A DNA stretch of 64,000 nucleotides from Patescibacteria group bacterium (GTDB lineage Bacteria; Patescibacteriota; Minisyncoccia; Phycocordibacterales; Phycocordibacteraceae), in contig JAZKIU010000001.1 in assembly GCA_040384705.1 (NCBI GenBank), forward strand, positions 153,907-217,906, written 5' to 3'. The notes beneath the pieces are model-generated. The model was not told the DNA's origin and did not search any database. It worked only from the letters and a program-made list of their open reading frames with translations. Both the position numbers and the translations under genes were made by a program. Of this stretch, positions 8,628-17,775 are shown piece by piece; within the stretch, counting starts at the first letter, position 1; each line of letters starts with the position of its first letter.

Positions 8628-9446
8628 TTATGCTTCGTCCCTCTGCATCGCTTCGTACGCGAGCATGACCCGTTTCCTCGGCACACCCCAGCGGTAGCCA
8701 CTTATCTCCCCGGTCGACTTGAGCACACGATGGCAGGGGATGATGTATCCCACCGGGTTGTCGCCTATGGCGGTACCCACTGCACGAGACATGTTGGGAT
8801 GCCCCAGCTGCTTCGCTATCTCTCCATATGTGCTGATGTTTCCTTCGGGGATGGATAGGAGCGCTTCCCACACCTTTACCTGGAAATTAGTTCCCGCAAG
8901 ATGCAGCTTTATCTTCGATTCAGGCGCGATGTTCGCGAAGTAGTTCCTCACTTGCTCGTGCGACGGCTGCGCTTCCTCGATAAGGGTTGCCTTCGGCCAT
9001 CGCGCGCGAAGGTCACGCACTCCATCTTCTTCGAAGAAGAGGATATTGCAGACACCTCTATCAGTTGATGCGACGAGGCACGACCCGAACCTCGTCTCGA
9101 ATGTGGAATACCGAATGGTGAGGTTCTCTCCCTGGTTCTGGTACTCGCCCGGCGTCATCGCTTCTATGTCGACGAAGAGGTCGTGGAGACGGCTACCGCT
9201 CGAGAGACCGGAGTGGATGGTCGCCTGCATGCTGTTCTGATTCTGTCGCAGGAGTTCCTTCGCGTATTCCAGGCTCAAGTACCTGCCGAACTGCTTCGGG
9301 CTGATGCCGACCCATTTCGTGAATAGCTTCTGCAAGTGGCCAGGGCTCATCTGCATGGACTCCGCTATCTCATCGAGGGAGCGGGAAGAAAGCTTGTTAT
9401 CGACGATATGCTCGACGACGTTCTTTATGGAAGTGTAGTGGTCCAT
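8628..9446 (-). CDS. Ada-like bifunctional regulator: AraC-type HTH fused to methylated-DNA-protein-cysteine methyltransferase (MGMT/Ogt)
   Basis: N-terminal AraC HTH; C-terminal MGMT active site IIPCHRVL; adjacent to AAG glycosylase. Confidence 0.8.
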   Translation of the reverse strand: MDHYTSIKNVVEHIVDNKLSSRSLDEIAESMQMSPGHLQKLFTKWVGISPKQFGRYLSLEYAKELLRQNQNSMQATIHSGLSSGSRLHDLFVDIEAMTPGEYQNQGENLTIRYSTFETRFGSCLVASTDRGVCNILFFEEDGVRDLRARWPKATLIEEAQPSHEQVRNYFANIAPESKIKLHLAGTNFQVKVWEALLSIPEGNISTYGEIAKQLGHPNMSRAVGTAIGDNPVGYIIPCHRVLKSTGEISGYRWGVPRKRVMLAYEAMQRDEA

Positions 9447-9518
9447 AGAGACAGGGTATAGGTCGGGGCGTCAGACCTCAACCCGAAAATGGTCGAGGAA
9501 TTCTGCTGCACATATGAC

Positions 9519-9538
9519 ATGCAACCGATATGTTGCAT
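9519..9538. promoter_or_regulatory. Candidate ArsR/SmtB-type operator ATGCAAC-CGATAT-GTTGCAT
   Basis: 7-6-7 perfect inverted repeat ~65 nt upstream of the SRPBCC-ArsR operon start. Confidence 0.4.
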
Positions 9539-9601
9539 ATTACCTCAATAGAGTGTAGAGTGTTCCGGCAAGACATTATTTATCTATATAAGCCATTCCC
9601 C

Positions 9602-10051
9602 ATGGACCCTGCCTCTCAAGACGTTATCCAGAAAGAAATCATTATCAGTGCACCCGCGGAGCGCGTATATAGCGCGATCACTGACCCGGAGAAGATCGTA
9701 GCCTGGTTCCCGAACGAGGTGGAGGGAAGCCTGGCGGTGGGCGAGCGCCCCATCCTCTCTTTCGGGGCAGATGGAAAGACCCAGCTGTATATCGTGGACG
9801 CAAGGCCGCATGAATACTTCGCCTACCGTTGGGTACCCGGTAGCCAGCACTTCATGGGTGATGTCCTTACCGTCCCGAATACGCTCGTCGAATTCTTCAT
9901 CACTGAAGAAGCGGAGGGCACGAAGGTAGTGCTCAAGGAATCAGGCTTCGCTTCGCTTCCGTCCCCTCATAAAGAGGAGAGCCTGAAGGACAACAATGGC
10001 GGATGGGAGTTCATGATGGGCCGTCTCGGAAAGCTCTTCGCTGCTAACTAA
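9602..10051 (+). CDS. SRPBCC superfamily protein (AHSA1/polyketide-cyclase-like)
   Basis: Start at MDPASQ (the 9530 in-frame start is an upstream extension crossing the operator); typical partner of ArsR regulators. Confidence 0.65.
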   Translation: MDPASQDVIQKEIIISAPAERVYSAITDPEKIVAWFPNEVEGSLAVGERPILSFGADGKTQLYIVDARPHEYFAYRWVPGSQHFMGDVLTVPNTLVEFFITEEAEGTKVVLKESGFASLPSPHKEESLKDNNGGWEFMMGRLGKLFAAN

Positions 10052-10359
10052 TGAAGCTAGCGCAAACATACAAAGCGCTCGGAGACCCAGTGCGCCTCAA
10101 AATGGTGCAGCGCCTCTCGGAGAACCCTACATACACGCTCGGCAGTCTATCCAAAGGTCTTGGGGTGACGAGGCAAGGCGCGAGAAAGCACCTAATGATG
10201 CTTGAGGAAGCGAAGCTCGTTAGGCTCGTGCCTGAAGGCAGGGAGACGAAGGTCCTGCTTAATAAGGCGTCACTCACTAAGGCCAAGTCATTCATTGCGG
10301 AACTTGAGCGTCAGTGGGAAACAAGGCTCGAGGCGCTGCGGGACTTCACGGAGCAATAA
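10051..10359 (+). CDS. ArsR/SmtB family transcriptional regulator
   Basis: HTH LGDPVRLKMVQRLSENPTYTLGSLSKGLGVTRQGARKHLMMLEEAKLV; TAATGA overlap with upstream gene. Confidence 0.8.
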   Translation: MKLAQTYKALGDPVRLKMVQRLSENPTYTLGSLSKGLGVTRQGARKHLMMLEEAKLVRLVPEGRETKVLLNKASLTKAKSFIAELERQWETRLEALRDFTEQ

Positions 10360-10380
10360 TTACATAACCATCAGCTATAT

Positions 10381-10734
10381 ATGGAAAAGAGGAATGGAGG
10401 ATGTCATTGTGGCAAAGTGCGGTACGAAGCAGAGGTGGACCTCGCTACACCGGTCGTTGAATGCAACTGCTCGATATGCGCAGGGAAGGGGCTGTTGCTC
10501 ACGTTTACGCCTGAGAGCCAGATGACCATTACTTCCGGCGGAGAGCTGTTAACGGAATACCGTTTCAACACCGAGAAGCTCGTTCACTTCTTTTGCAAGA
10601 TGTGCGGAATGGAAGTATTCGTTAAGGCGCATGATCCGAGTGGTAACGTCGTGTACGCCATTAACGCTCGCACGCTCGATGGGGTGGACGTAAGCGCGCT
10701 TGAAAGGACGCCTCGTGATGGAAAGGCGGGCTAA
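10381..10734 (+). CDS. GFA family protein (glutathione-dependent formaldehyde-activating enzyme / CENP-V-like Zn-binding)
   Basis: CHCGKV ... CNCSIC ... CKMCG cysteine pattern. Confidence 0.7.
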   Translation: MEKRNGGCHCGKVRYEAEVDLATPVVECNCSICAGKGLLLTFTPESQMTITSGGELLTEYRFNTEKLVHFFCKMCGMEVFVKAHDPSGNVVYAINARTLDGVDVSALERTPRDGKAG

Positions 10735-10792
10735 AACCTCAGAGTACAGAACCGATTTTCGCGTAAAGAGAGGGAATTGGTATCATGACGCT

Positions 10793-11638
10793 ATGAAGCG
10801 TTTCATCCCGGCATTCATTCTCGTTGCGTATAGCGCGCTTCTGATCAAGGTAATGGTGTTCAAGGACCTGCCGACTATCAGGATAGGGCAGCTCATGTTG
10901 AATTTCGCAGGAACGGACGCAGGCCACGCGCCTAACTTCGTGCCATTTAAGACCATTCTGCCGTATCTGCTCGGCTTCAAGGGGTGGATCATCGCGGGCG
11001 TTAATCTGGTCGGGAACATCGTCCTGCTCGTGCCCATAGGGTTCCTTCTTCCTTTCCTCTACCCGAACATCACCTGGAAGAAATCCCTCGCTATTGCCAT
11101 TGCCTCCGGTCTTGCCATCGAAACGATGCAAACGCTGCTTCGCGTCGGCATATTCGATATCGATGACGTGATACTGAATGCGCTTGGCGTCATGATCGGC
11201 TACTTCGCGACCCTAGTTCTCACAAAGTGGATGCGCGAGAGGAAATACATGCATATGCTTATCGCAGCATTCATAGGTATCGCTGCCGCCGCGGGTGCTC
11301 TGTATGCTATTTATCCGCATGGCCAGCCGGTAATACGTCCAGAAGGTGGCGGTCAATTTAATAGTGAAGAAGGCAGAGACCTCTGTGGCGGCACGGGCGG
11401 TACCGGGCAGATTGTTAGCGTAGGGAATAACGGATTCACTATCGAGCGACGGGACGGCAGCAACCAAATCGTTAACCTTGCAGATAAGGCAACGATCGAA
11501 ACTCCAGCCGGCCCTGTTTCTACATCTGACTTGAAGATAGGGGACAGGGTGACGCTTGTGGGGGACGTAAATCCCGATGGCAGCTTCACCGCGGATACGG
11601 TTGTGGTCTGCAGTACACCAGTTGAGAGGGAGGAATAG
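10793..11638 (+). CDS. VanZ-like family membrane protein with C-terminal extracellular domain
   Basis: VanZ motifs (NFVPFKT, GNIVLLVPIGFLLP); start taken at MKRF rather than upstream in-frame ATG. Confidence 0.65.
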   Translation: MKRFIPAFILVAYSALLIKVMVFKDLPTIRIGQLMLNFAGTDAGHAPNFVPFKTILPYLLGFKGWIIAGVNLVGNIVLLVPIGFLLPFLYPNITWKKSLAIAIASGLAIETMQTLLRVGIFDIDDVILNALGVMIGYFATLVLTKWMRERKYMHMLIAAFIGIAAAAGALYAIYPHGQPVIRPEGGGQFNSEEGRDLCGGTGGTGQIVSVGNNGFTIERRDGSNQIVNLADKATIETPAGPVSTSDLKIGDRVTLVGDVNPDGSFTADTVVVCSTPVEREE

Positions 11639-11736
11639 AGCGATATTAGAACCTGTTCAAAAGCGAAGGAATTAGATATATTCACGCTGGAAGTCCCGCC
11701 CTAAATAGCTGGGCGATAATCAAAGGAGAGTGTGAA

Positions 11737-12642
11737 ATGACGACCGAAACATCTTCCCGGCACCCGTTGCTGGAAAAGAAAATCATCGGCATCGCTTCTT
11801 GGGAGCAATGGCTCAAGCGATGGCAAGACGTCACTACAGCGGAGGAGCTTATCAGTCTTCTGCACTACGGTTTCGACGCTGGAGGCAGCGACATCTATGC
11901 AAAAGCCACGTTCTATTTCGGCATCGCGGACGGCCACGCCGAGCGGGACGGCAAGTTCATTGGCAGTCGTTCCGATGACGCAGGACGTCAATACCGCACC
12001 GACGGTATGCAAACTTCATTGCGTCGGTCGAATCCGCCTCAAGAGTACGATTACACTTCCGTCGAGTTGCGTCGCTTGATCGCCAAGAAGGCATGGGAGG
12101 TGCTCTGCGTGAAGTTCTTCGGCGGCTGGGTGTCGAATCAAGGATCGAGAGCTAATCCCGGATGGTTCCACTACTGGGGTGGCCGTGAGCAAGACCTTGA
12201 ACTCTTGAAATTGTTGTTCGACTTCCTCGATCCGAAGCACGGCATCAACAACCTTCCAACGGACGAAGATCATCATCGTAAGGTGCTCGAGAATTTCATG
12301 CAGGCCTTCATAAAGACCGCTTGGAACGTCGGTGAACGCTCGATTTATCCTGGAGATGCGCAAAAGCTGGGAGACATCATCCTGCTGTGTCGAGAGTCGC
12401 GTCCTCGACTTCTCAACATGATCAGTAGTCTCGGCTGGGAGAATATGCTCCTCAAGCTTTCATTCGATGATCGAACCCTCCCATATCTGGAGGCGCAGGT
12501 TGCTGCCTGGAATAAGCAGCAGATGTGGAACCGGACGCTCGAAGAATGGGCCGCCCAGGGCTACAAACCCGCTCAAACCGTCCTGCTCCTGCGTAACCAG
12601 GTAAGGGTCGAGCGTATGCGGAAGAAGAAAAAAGCTGCATAA
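11737..12642 (+). CDS. Hypothetical protein (301 aa), no recognised domain
   Basis: Long clean ORF with SD AAAGGAGAG; terminated by hairpin 12655-12683; abuts tmRNA 3' end. Confidence 0.55.
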   Translation: MTTETSSRHPLLEKKIIGIASWEQWLKRWQDVTTAEELISLLHYGFDAGGSDIYAKATFYFGIADGHAERDGKFIGSRSDDAGRQYRTDGMQTSLRRSNPPQEYDYTSVELRRLIAKKAWEVLCVKFFGGWVSNQGSRANPGWFHYWGGREQDLELLKLLFDFLDPKHGINNLPTDEDHHRKVLENFMQAFIKTAWNVGERSIYPGDAQKLGDIILLCRESRPRLLNMISSLGWENMLLKLSFDDRTLPYLEAQVAAWNKQQMWNRTLEEWAAQGYKPAQTVLLLRNQVRVERMRKKKKAA

Positions 12643-12654
12643 ATCAATGACTGT

Positions 12655-12690
12655 GATCCCTCGACCGAGTCGGTCGAGGGATCTTGTTCT
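12655..12690. terminator. Terminator hairpin GATCCCTCGACC-GAGTC-GGTCGAGGGATC + T-run
   Basis: 12-bp perfect stem between the convergent 301-aa gene and ssrA. Confidence 0.65.
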
Positions 12691-12702
12691 TATACCTACT
12701 AT

Positions 12703-13110
12703 TGTGGAGGTGCGGAGAGTTGAACTCCGGTCCGAATCTGGCTTTGAGGACGAATCTACGACGCATAGCTAGTGTTGATGCTTCAGAAGGAGAATAAGAA
12801 CGCTAGCGAAAACGCTCCTTCCTGATCCTGTTGTTTAAGCTCGGTGCCTAGGAGAGCATGAGCCGATTCCGTAGAAGATTCCGCCCTTTCCCCTCGCTAC
12901 GAAAACCGAGAGAAGAAGACGTCGCTTAGGCGAAAGCGCGAAGCTTTTACGCGTAAGCGAACGTGAAGTCCTTTGCAGTGAAGAAAGGTGATTTCACGCT
13001 TGCAACAGTTTTGTTTGCAAGTATTGGTTGATTGCGGGATTTAGATGGTCAGCAATCTTCCATCGCGTCGCACGTCTCTCAAAGTACAGACCGTCAAAGC
13101 CGGTCACCCC
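12703..13110 (-). ncRNA. ssrA: tmRNA (transfer-messenger RNA, SsrA), ~408 nt; predicted tag reading frame ANKTVASVKSPFFTAKDFTFAYA-stop (resume GCA at nt ~94)
   Basis: Minus strand 5' GGGGGTGACCGGCTTTGACGG matches tmRNA 5' consensus; acceptor GGGGGTG/CACCTCC with G3:U70 (AlaRS identity); T-arm CGGAG-TTCAACT-CTCCG + discriminator A at 3' end; immediately upstream of smpB. Confidence 0.7.
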
Positions 13111-13158
13111 CGTTCCGGACACTATCAGGAGATCGTGTCCGGAACGCGACTGGCCCGC

Positions 13159-13605
13159 TTATTTCTTCCCGCGAAGCGCCCGCTCGATGTCGAGCTTGGC
13201 GTCGGCTCGCTTCAAGTCCTCTCGCTTGTCGGCTTTTCCTTTACCGCGCACGATAGCGACCTTCAGCTTCAGGTACCTTCCACTATTATACACTTCCAAA
13301 GGCACTACTGTCAAGCCCTTCTTGGACTCCGCGTCAGAAAGTTCCGCTATTTCCTTCTTAGAAAGGAGCAGGCGGCGCACATGCTCTGGGTCGTACGACT
13401 CCGGAGTGTTCTTCACCTGGTACGGGGGAATAGTCATGCCAGCCACGTACGCCTCGCCGCCCCGGACTATCACCCGGGCGCCCTCAAGGGACCCATGCTT
13501 GGCGCGCAGGCTCTTCACTTCGCCGCCGGTTAGCTCCATGCCAGCGACATACGACTCGAGTATCTCGAACCGTAGGTGCGCTTTCTTGTTCTGGACGAGG
13601 CTCAT
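13159..13605 (-). CDS. smpB: SsrA-binding protein SmpB
   Basis: Canonical SmpB sequence (NKKA..RFEILE..AG..LTGGEVKSLR ... basic C-tail). Confidence 0.9.
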   Translation of the reverse strand: MSLVQNKKAHLRFEILESYVAGMELTGGEVKSLRAKHGSLEGARVIVRGGEAYVAGMTIPPYQVKNTPESYDPEHVRRLLLSKKEIAELSDAESKKGLTVVPLEVYNSGRYLKLKVAIVRGKGKADKREDLKRADAKLDIERALRGKK

Positions 13606-14471
13606 ACCGATACTGTATCGCGAGTCGGCTTGCTACCGAACAGCTCCTCTATCTCCTCGCGCTTGGCGAGCAGGTCCTCGTATCCCATCGTGAACGCCTC
13701 AACGACCTTCCTCCGTTCCCGGCTATACAGCACGGTCGGAAGCGGGGAGGTGGGGGAGATGAGCGAGAACTTGATGCCGCCGGGCCACTCGATATCCTGC
13801 GTCATCGCCATATCGCGCAGGAGAGCGCGGCGGAGCCCTGGCGATAGGAGCGCTCCATATACCCGGAGAATTGCCTTGCCGACTTTCGTCGGCGCGTCGG
13901 TGTTCGTGATGCAGACGATGCGCTTAGCGCCTGCTTGTATGGCAGCCGTGATGAGGTCGGCGATACCGGTGGTGAAATCGCCATCGAGATAGCTGTGACT
14001 GCCCAGGTTCACATGCCCGTTATACAGAAGGGGTATCGCGGTCGCAGCGCGCATCACTTCGTACGGATTAAGCCAGAGGTCATTGCTGATGAATCGCGTA
14101 TCGCCTGACCGTATATCAGTGACCGGCACAAGGAACTTCGTCTGGCTCGCTTCCGCTTTCTCGACATCGAGCGGAAGGTACTGCTTGAGGATGGTATCGA
14201 CCATGTAATTGATGCGCAGCGCAGGGAACGGTGCGTACCGGATGAACTGCGGGGAGGGAAGATATCGCGTCCACGCCTTCTCTATGTCGTCGTATTGTCC
14301 GGCGAGGTAGTAGAACATCGCGCCGACCGAGCCCGATGCCGAGACGAAGATGTCGGGCGAGGTGAGCTTCAGCTCCTTTGCGAGCGCGACAAGGGCGCCC
14401 GCTGAATACGCGCATTTCATGCCGCCACCTGATGTGATGATGGCGATAGGCTCTCTCTTCATCGTTTCCAT
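13602..14471 (-). CDS. Patatin-like phospholipase family protein
   Basis: GGGxK (ITSGGGMKCAY), GxSxG (ASGSVG), DGD motifs; 4-nt overlap with smpB; start at METMK (alt. 14462). Confidence 0.7.
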   Translation of the reverse strand: METMKREPIAIITSGGGMKCAYSAGALVALAKELKLTSPDIFVSASGSVGAMFYYLAGQYDDIEKAWTRYLPSPQFIRYAPFPALRINYMVDTILKQYLPLDVEKAEASQTKFLVPVTDIRSGDTRFISNDLWLNPYEVMRAATAIPLLYNGHVNLGSHSYLDGDFTTGIADLITAAIQAGAKRIVCITNTDAPTKVGKAILRVYGALLSPGLRRALLRDMAMTQDIEWPGGIKFSLISPTSPLPTVLYSRERRKVVEAFTMGYEDLLAKREEIEELFGSKPTRDTVSV

Positions 14472-14515
14472 AGCAATTCGCCTTATTGTATAGTGTCGGG
14501 AAGTAAGCTCAAAAA

Positions 14516-16489
14516 ATGGCATCCATCACCCCAAACAAGAAAGCCTCGCCGAATACTCAGCAGACGAACGGGCCAGCGAAGAAAGGGAACGGCAAGAAAC
14601 CAGCTAAGGGCAAGGGTCCGCGCAATTTCCTCACGCCCGGTACCCCAGGCTTCATGGGCAACCTCCTCTCGACGGTGCTCGTGTTCCTTCTCTTGATGAG
14701 CATCTTCTCCCTCTTGTTCGGAGGAGATAAGGCGAAAGAGGAGATAGCGCTCTCGCAGGTGGCGGCTGACGTGAAAACCGGAGCGCTCACCGTCGTGAAG
14801 ATAGAAGGGAACGAGCTCCTGCTCACGTACACGGACGGCACGGAGAAGAAGTCGATGAAGGATCCTGATCAGGGACTCCCCGAGACGCTCGCGGTATACG
14901 GCGTCACACCCGAAGAGCTCGCCCGTACGCAGATAACCATCGCGACTGAGTCGGGTTTCAAGTACTGGTTCTTCAACCTCGCTCCGATACTCCTCCCTAT
15001 CCTCTTCCTCGCCATCCTCTTCTGGTTCCTCACGCGCCAGGTGCGGGGAGCGGGCATGCAGGCATTCAGCTTCGGCCAGTCCAAGGCGAAGATGATAGAC
15101 CCGGCCGATACGACGCAGCGCATATTGTTCGCTGACGTTGCAGGCGCGAAGGAAGCGAAGGAAGAGCTCATGGAAGTTGTGGACTTTCTCAAGAACCCGA
15201 AGAAGTTCCTCGATATTGGTGCACGCATCCCGAAGGGCATCCTTCTCATGGGCGCCCCAGGAACGGGAAAGACGATGCTTGCGCGTGCTGTTGCGGGCGA
15301 AGCGGGCGTACCGTTCTTCTCGATATCGGGTTCGGAGTTCGTGGAGATGTTCGTCGGTGTCGGTGCGTCACGCGTGCGTGACCTCTTCAATATGGCGAAG
15401 AAGGTCGCTCCGGCCATCATCTTTGTGGATGAGATAGACGCCGTAGGACGCGTGCGCGGCACGGGTGTTGGCGGCGGCAATGACGAGCGCGAGCAGACGC
15501 TCAACCAGATACTCGTCGAGATGGATGGGTTCGATCCGAATGAGAAGGTCATCATCCTTGCCGCAACGAACCGCCCTGATGTGCTCGACCCAGCGCTGCT
15601 GCGTCCTGGACGCTTCGATAGGCGCGTCATGCTCGATCTTCCGGATCGCAAGGACCGCCTCGCGATACTTTCCGTGCATTCCCGCAAGAAGCCGTTCGGC
15701 CCTGACGTGAACCTTGAAGTCATTGCGGAACGTACCCCTGGCTTCTCGGGTGCCGAGCTCTACTCGCTCATGAACGAGGGCGCCATTCTCGCTGCACGTG
15801 AGAACCGGAAGGAGATAACGCAGTACGACCTCATCCGCTCCATCGAGAAGGTGATGCTCGGGCCTGAGCGAAAGAGCCATCTCCTCTCGAAGAAGGAGAA
15901 GCTCGTCACCGCATACCACGAGGGCGGTCACGCGCTCGTCTCGTCGGTGCTTCCATACGCTGACCCCGTGCACAAGATCTCCATCATCAGCCGCGGACGT
16001 GCTGGAGGGTACACGCTCAAGCTTCCGTTCGAGGATAGGAGGATGCAGTCGAAGAAGGAATTCCTCGATGACATCGCCGCAACGCTCGGTGGCTATGTCG
16101 CAGAAGAGATGGTGTTCGATGACCTCACGACGGGACCATCCAACGACCTCGCGGTCGTTGTCGGACTAGCGCGCGACATGGTCGCACGCTATGGCATGTC
16201 GGACAAGATAGGGCCGGTCGCGTTCGCCGCTGACCGCGCCCATAGCGACGCTATCTACTCGCAGAACGTGTCCGCGACGATAGATGCCGAGGTCACCCGC
16301 ATCATCGAAGAAGCGAAGGAAAGCGCGCGGCGCGTCCTCACCGAGCATCGCAAGGCGCTCGACGCCATCGCGGAGAAGCTCGTTGAAGTGGAGACGCTCG
16401 AACGCGAGGAATTCGAGAAGCTCCTCATTGCGAACGGCATAACACCGAAGACGAAGGAGGACGAGGAGTCGCCGAAGATAGATATATAA
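14516..16489 (+). CDS. ftsH: ATP-dependent zinc metalloprotease FtsH
   Basis: N-terminal TM region, AAA Walker [18 protein letters not shown] zinc motif. Confidence 0.9.
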   Translation: MASITPNKKASPNTQQTNGPAKKGNGKKPAKGKGPRNFLTPGTPGFMGNLLSTVLVFLLLMSIFSLLFGGDKAKEEIALSQVAADVKTGALTVVKIEGNELLLTYTDGTEKKSMKDPDQGLPETLAVYGVTPEELARTQITIATESGFKYWFFNLAPILLPILFLAILFWFLTRQVRGAGMQAFSFGQSKAKMIDPADTTQRILFADVAGAKEAKEELMEVVDFLKNPKKFLDIGARIPKGILLMGAPGTGKTMLARAVAGEAGVPFFSISGSEFVEMFVGVGASRVRDLFNMAKKVAPAIIFVDEIDAVGRVRGTGVGGGNDEREQTLNQILVEMDGFDPNEKVIILAATNRPDVLDPALLRPGRFDRRVMLDLPDRKDRLAILSVHSRKKPFGPDVNLEVIAERTPGFSGAELYSLMNEGAILAARENRKEITQYDLIRSIEKVMLGPERKSHLLSKKEKLVTAYHEGGHALVSSVLPYADPVHKISIISRGRAGGYTLKLPFEDRRMQSKKEFLDDIAATLGGYVAEEMVFDDLTTGPSNDLAVVVGLARDMVARYGMSDKIGPVAFAADRAHSDAIYSQNVSATIDAEVTRIIEEAKESARRVLTEHRKALDAIAEKLVEVETLEREEFEKLLIANGITPKTKEDEESPKIDI

Positions 16490-16502
16490 AGAGGAGATAT
16501 AG

Positions 16503-16534
16503 AACAGCGCCGGAGAAATCCGGCGCTGTTTTGG
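16503..16534 (+). terminator. Intrinsic terminator after ftsH (AACAGCGCCGG-AGAAA-TCCGGCGCTGTT + TT)
   Basis: 11-bp perfect stem with U-tract. Confidence 0.7.
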
Positions 16535-16565
16535 CGTACGTCGCAGTTCGGTGTAGATTATCAGG

Positions 16566-16639
16566 GCGCCCTTAGCTCAGTTGGTTAGAGCACGGAGCTT
16601 ATACCTCCGCGGTCCTTGGTTCGAGTCCAAGAGGGCGCA
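16566..16639 (+). tRNA. tRNA-Ile (anticodon TAT / UAU)
   Basis: Manual fold: acceptor GCGCCCT/AGGGCGC, D-arm GCTCAGTTGGTTAGAGC, anticodon loop CTTATAC, T-arm CTTGG-TTCGAGT-CCAAG, discriminator A. Confidence 0.75.
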
Positions 16640-16717
16640 CTGATTGTCTTCCTCCTAGCGCTGTGGTTAAGTGCTTCCGGAGTTTGTTAAGACCTCTCAA
16701 ATGGGAAGGAGTTCGTC

Positions 16718-17503
16718 ATGTCTAATCGAAAATTGTTCCGGATGAAGCCGGACGAGATCGCAGCCCTTATCGACAGACGGGCTTCGAAGATCAATGAAGC
16801 GGTCAACGCCAAACAAATTCTTGCTGAACGGAGGGAATTCGCCGCGCGTGTTGACCAAGATTTCGGCTACTCGCGCCTCAAGCAAGCAACGGAAGCCGAA
16901 ACGGTCGAGATGCCTGCCGACCTCGTCCTGCTGAAATCGCTCATCGGCATCGGCGTCATTCCACTTTCTCGTGCATCCGTCGAGCGTTACAAAATGATGA
17001 TGGCCCGGAATATCGTGAACATCATCACGAAAATGTTCGGCATTCCGCTCATGGTGTCGGGCGCGGTCACGATTATCGCGATCTTCATCGCGGCGCTCGT
17101 GAGCCCGTTGAGTGTGCGGGAGACGGTCGCATTTCCGTGGGGGATGATCTTCGGCATTGGCTGCTTCCTCACGTGGGTCGAGCACGCCCTCATTCCTCGC
17201 CGCGAGTGGCGCGTCTCGGACATCAAAGGAGCGGGCTGGTTCACGAGGGACTCGAACTTGATTCCTCGTGAAGTGTTCGAGCTCGCAACGCGTGTGAAAG
17301 AAGTGCTTCCAAAGACCTCTTTCCTTGTGCATGAGCTCACGAAAGATTATGGGCCCTGGTTCAAGTGGATTCCTGAGGACTTGGCAGGTCGTATTTTAGG
17401 CGATCCTGACCCCTTCCTCGAGGTCCGATTCGGGGGAGAATCTTTCTATATCGCCGTCTGGAATGAACCCGGGTTCGATGGAAAGCTCATGGAGGTGGAA
17501 TAA
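16718..17503 (+). CDS. Hypothetical membrane protein (261 aa, 2-3 central TM helices)
   Basis: SD GGGAAGGAG upstream; terminator hairpin 17518-17544 downstream. Confidence 0.5.
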   Translation: MSNRKLFRMKPDEIAALIDRRASKINEAVNAKQILAERREFAARVDQDFGYSRLKQATEAETVEMPADLVLLKSLIGIGVIPLSRASVERYKMMMARNIVNIITKMFGIPLMVSGAVTIIAIFIAALVSPLSVRETVAFPWGMIFGIGCFLTWVEHALIPRREWRVSDIKGAGWFTRDSNLIPREVFELATRVKEVLPKTSFLVHELTKDYGPWFKWIPEDLAGRILGDPDPFLEVRFGGESFYIAVWNEPGFDGKLMEVE

Positions 17504-17565
17504 TCGATAGGAAGTTCGAAACCCCGGCGCACGCGCCGGGGTTCTTCTATGTTCATATCGCTCTC

Positions 17566-17772
17566 CTAAAGCCGTTGGCCGAAGCGATCGCGAACAAGGC
17601 AGCCATCTTCGTCGACGTACGCTTTCTTGCGGGAATCGAAACGAAGTCCGTGATCCCTTGCAGCTTGTTTATTTACGGGATTGGACGGGCCGAAGTCCGA
17701 ATCGAATTCCTGCTTCTGTTTTTGGTCGCTCATGGCGAGCTCCTCTGTGGCTTCTACCTGGGACTCTAGCAC
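17566..17772 (-). CDS. Hypothetical small acidic protein (68 aa) immediately downstream of recG
   Basis: Start 3 nt after recG stop, ends before bidirectional terminator; could be spurious. Confidence 0.25.
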   Translation of the reverse strand: MLESQVEATEELAMSDQKQKQEFDSDFGPSNPVNKQAARDHGLRFDSRKKAYVDEDGCLVRDRFGQRL

Positions 17773-17775
17773 TTC

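Noticed and set aside
9530-9601. Upstream in-frame start extensions (9530 for SRPBCC; also 29234 for pilB, 36204 for minor pilin 2, 19912 for amidase, 26965 for comF, 10700 for VanZ)
   Set aside because: Extensions overlap operators or upstream genes, add non-conserved low-complexity N-termini, and better internal ATGs align with conserved protein N-termini (e.g. MNTLSLL for PilB, prepilin signal for pilins).
13028-13693. Plus-strand ORFs 13028..13693, 13032..13256 and 13045..13533 overlapping the tmRNA and smpB region
   Set aside because: Region is explained by ssrA (minus strand) and smpB. Translations are Arg/Ser-rich nonsense.
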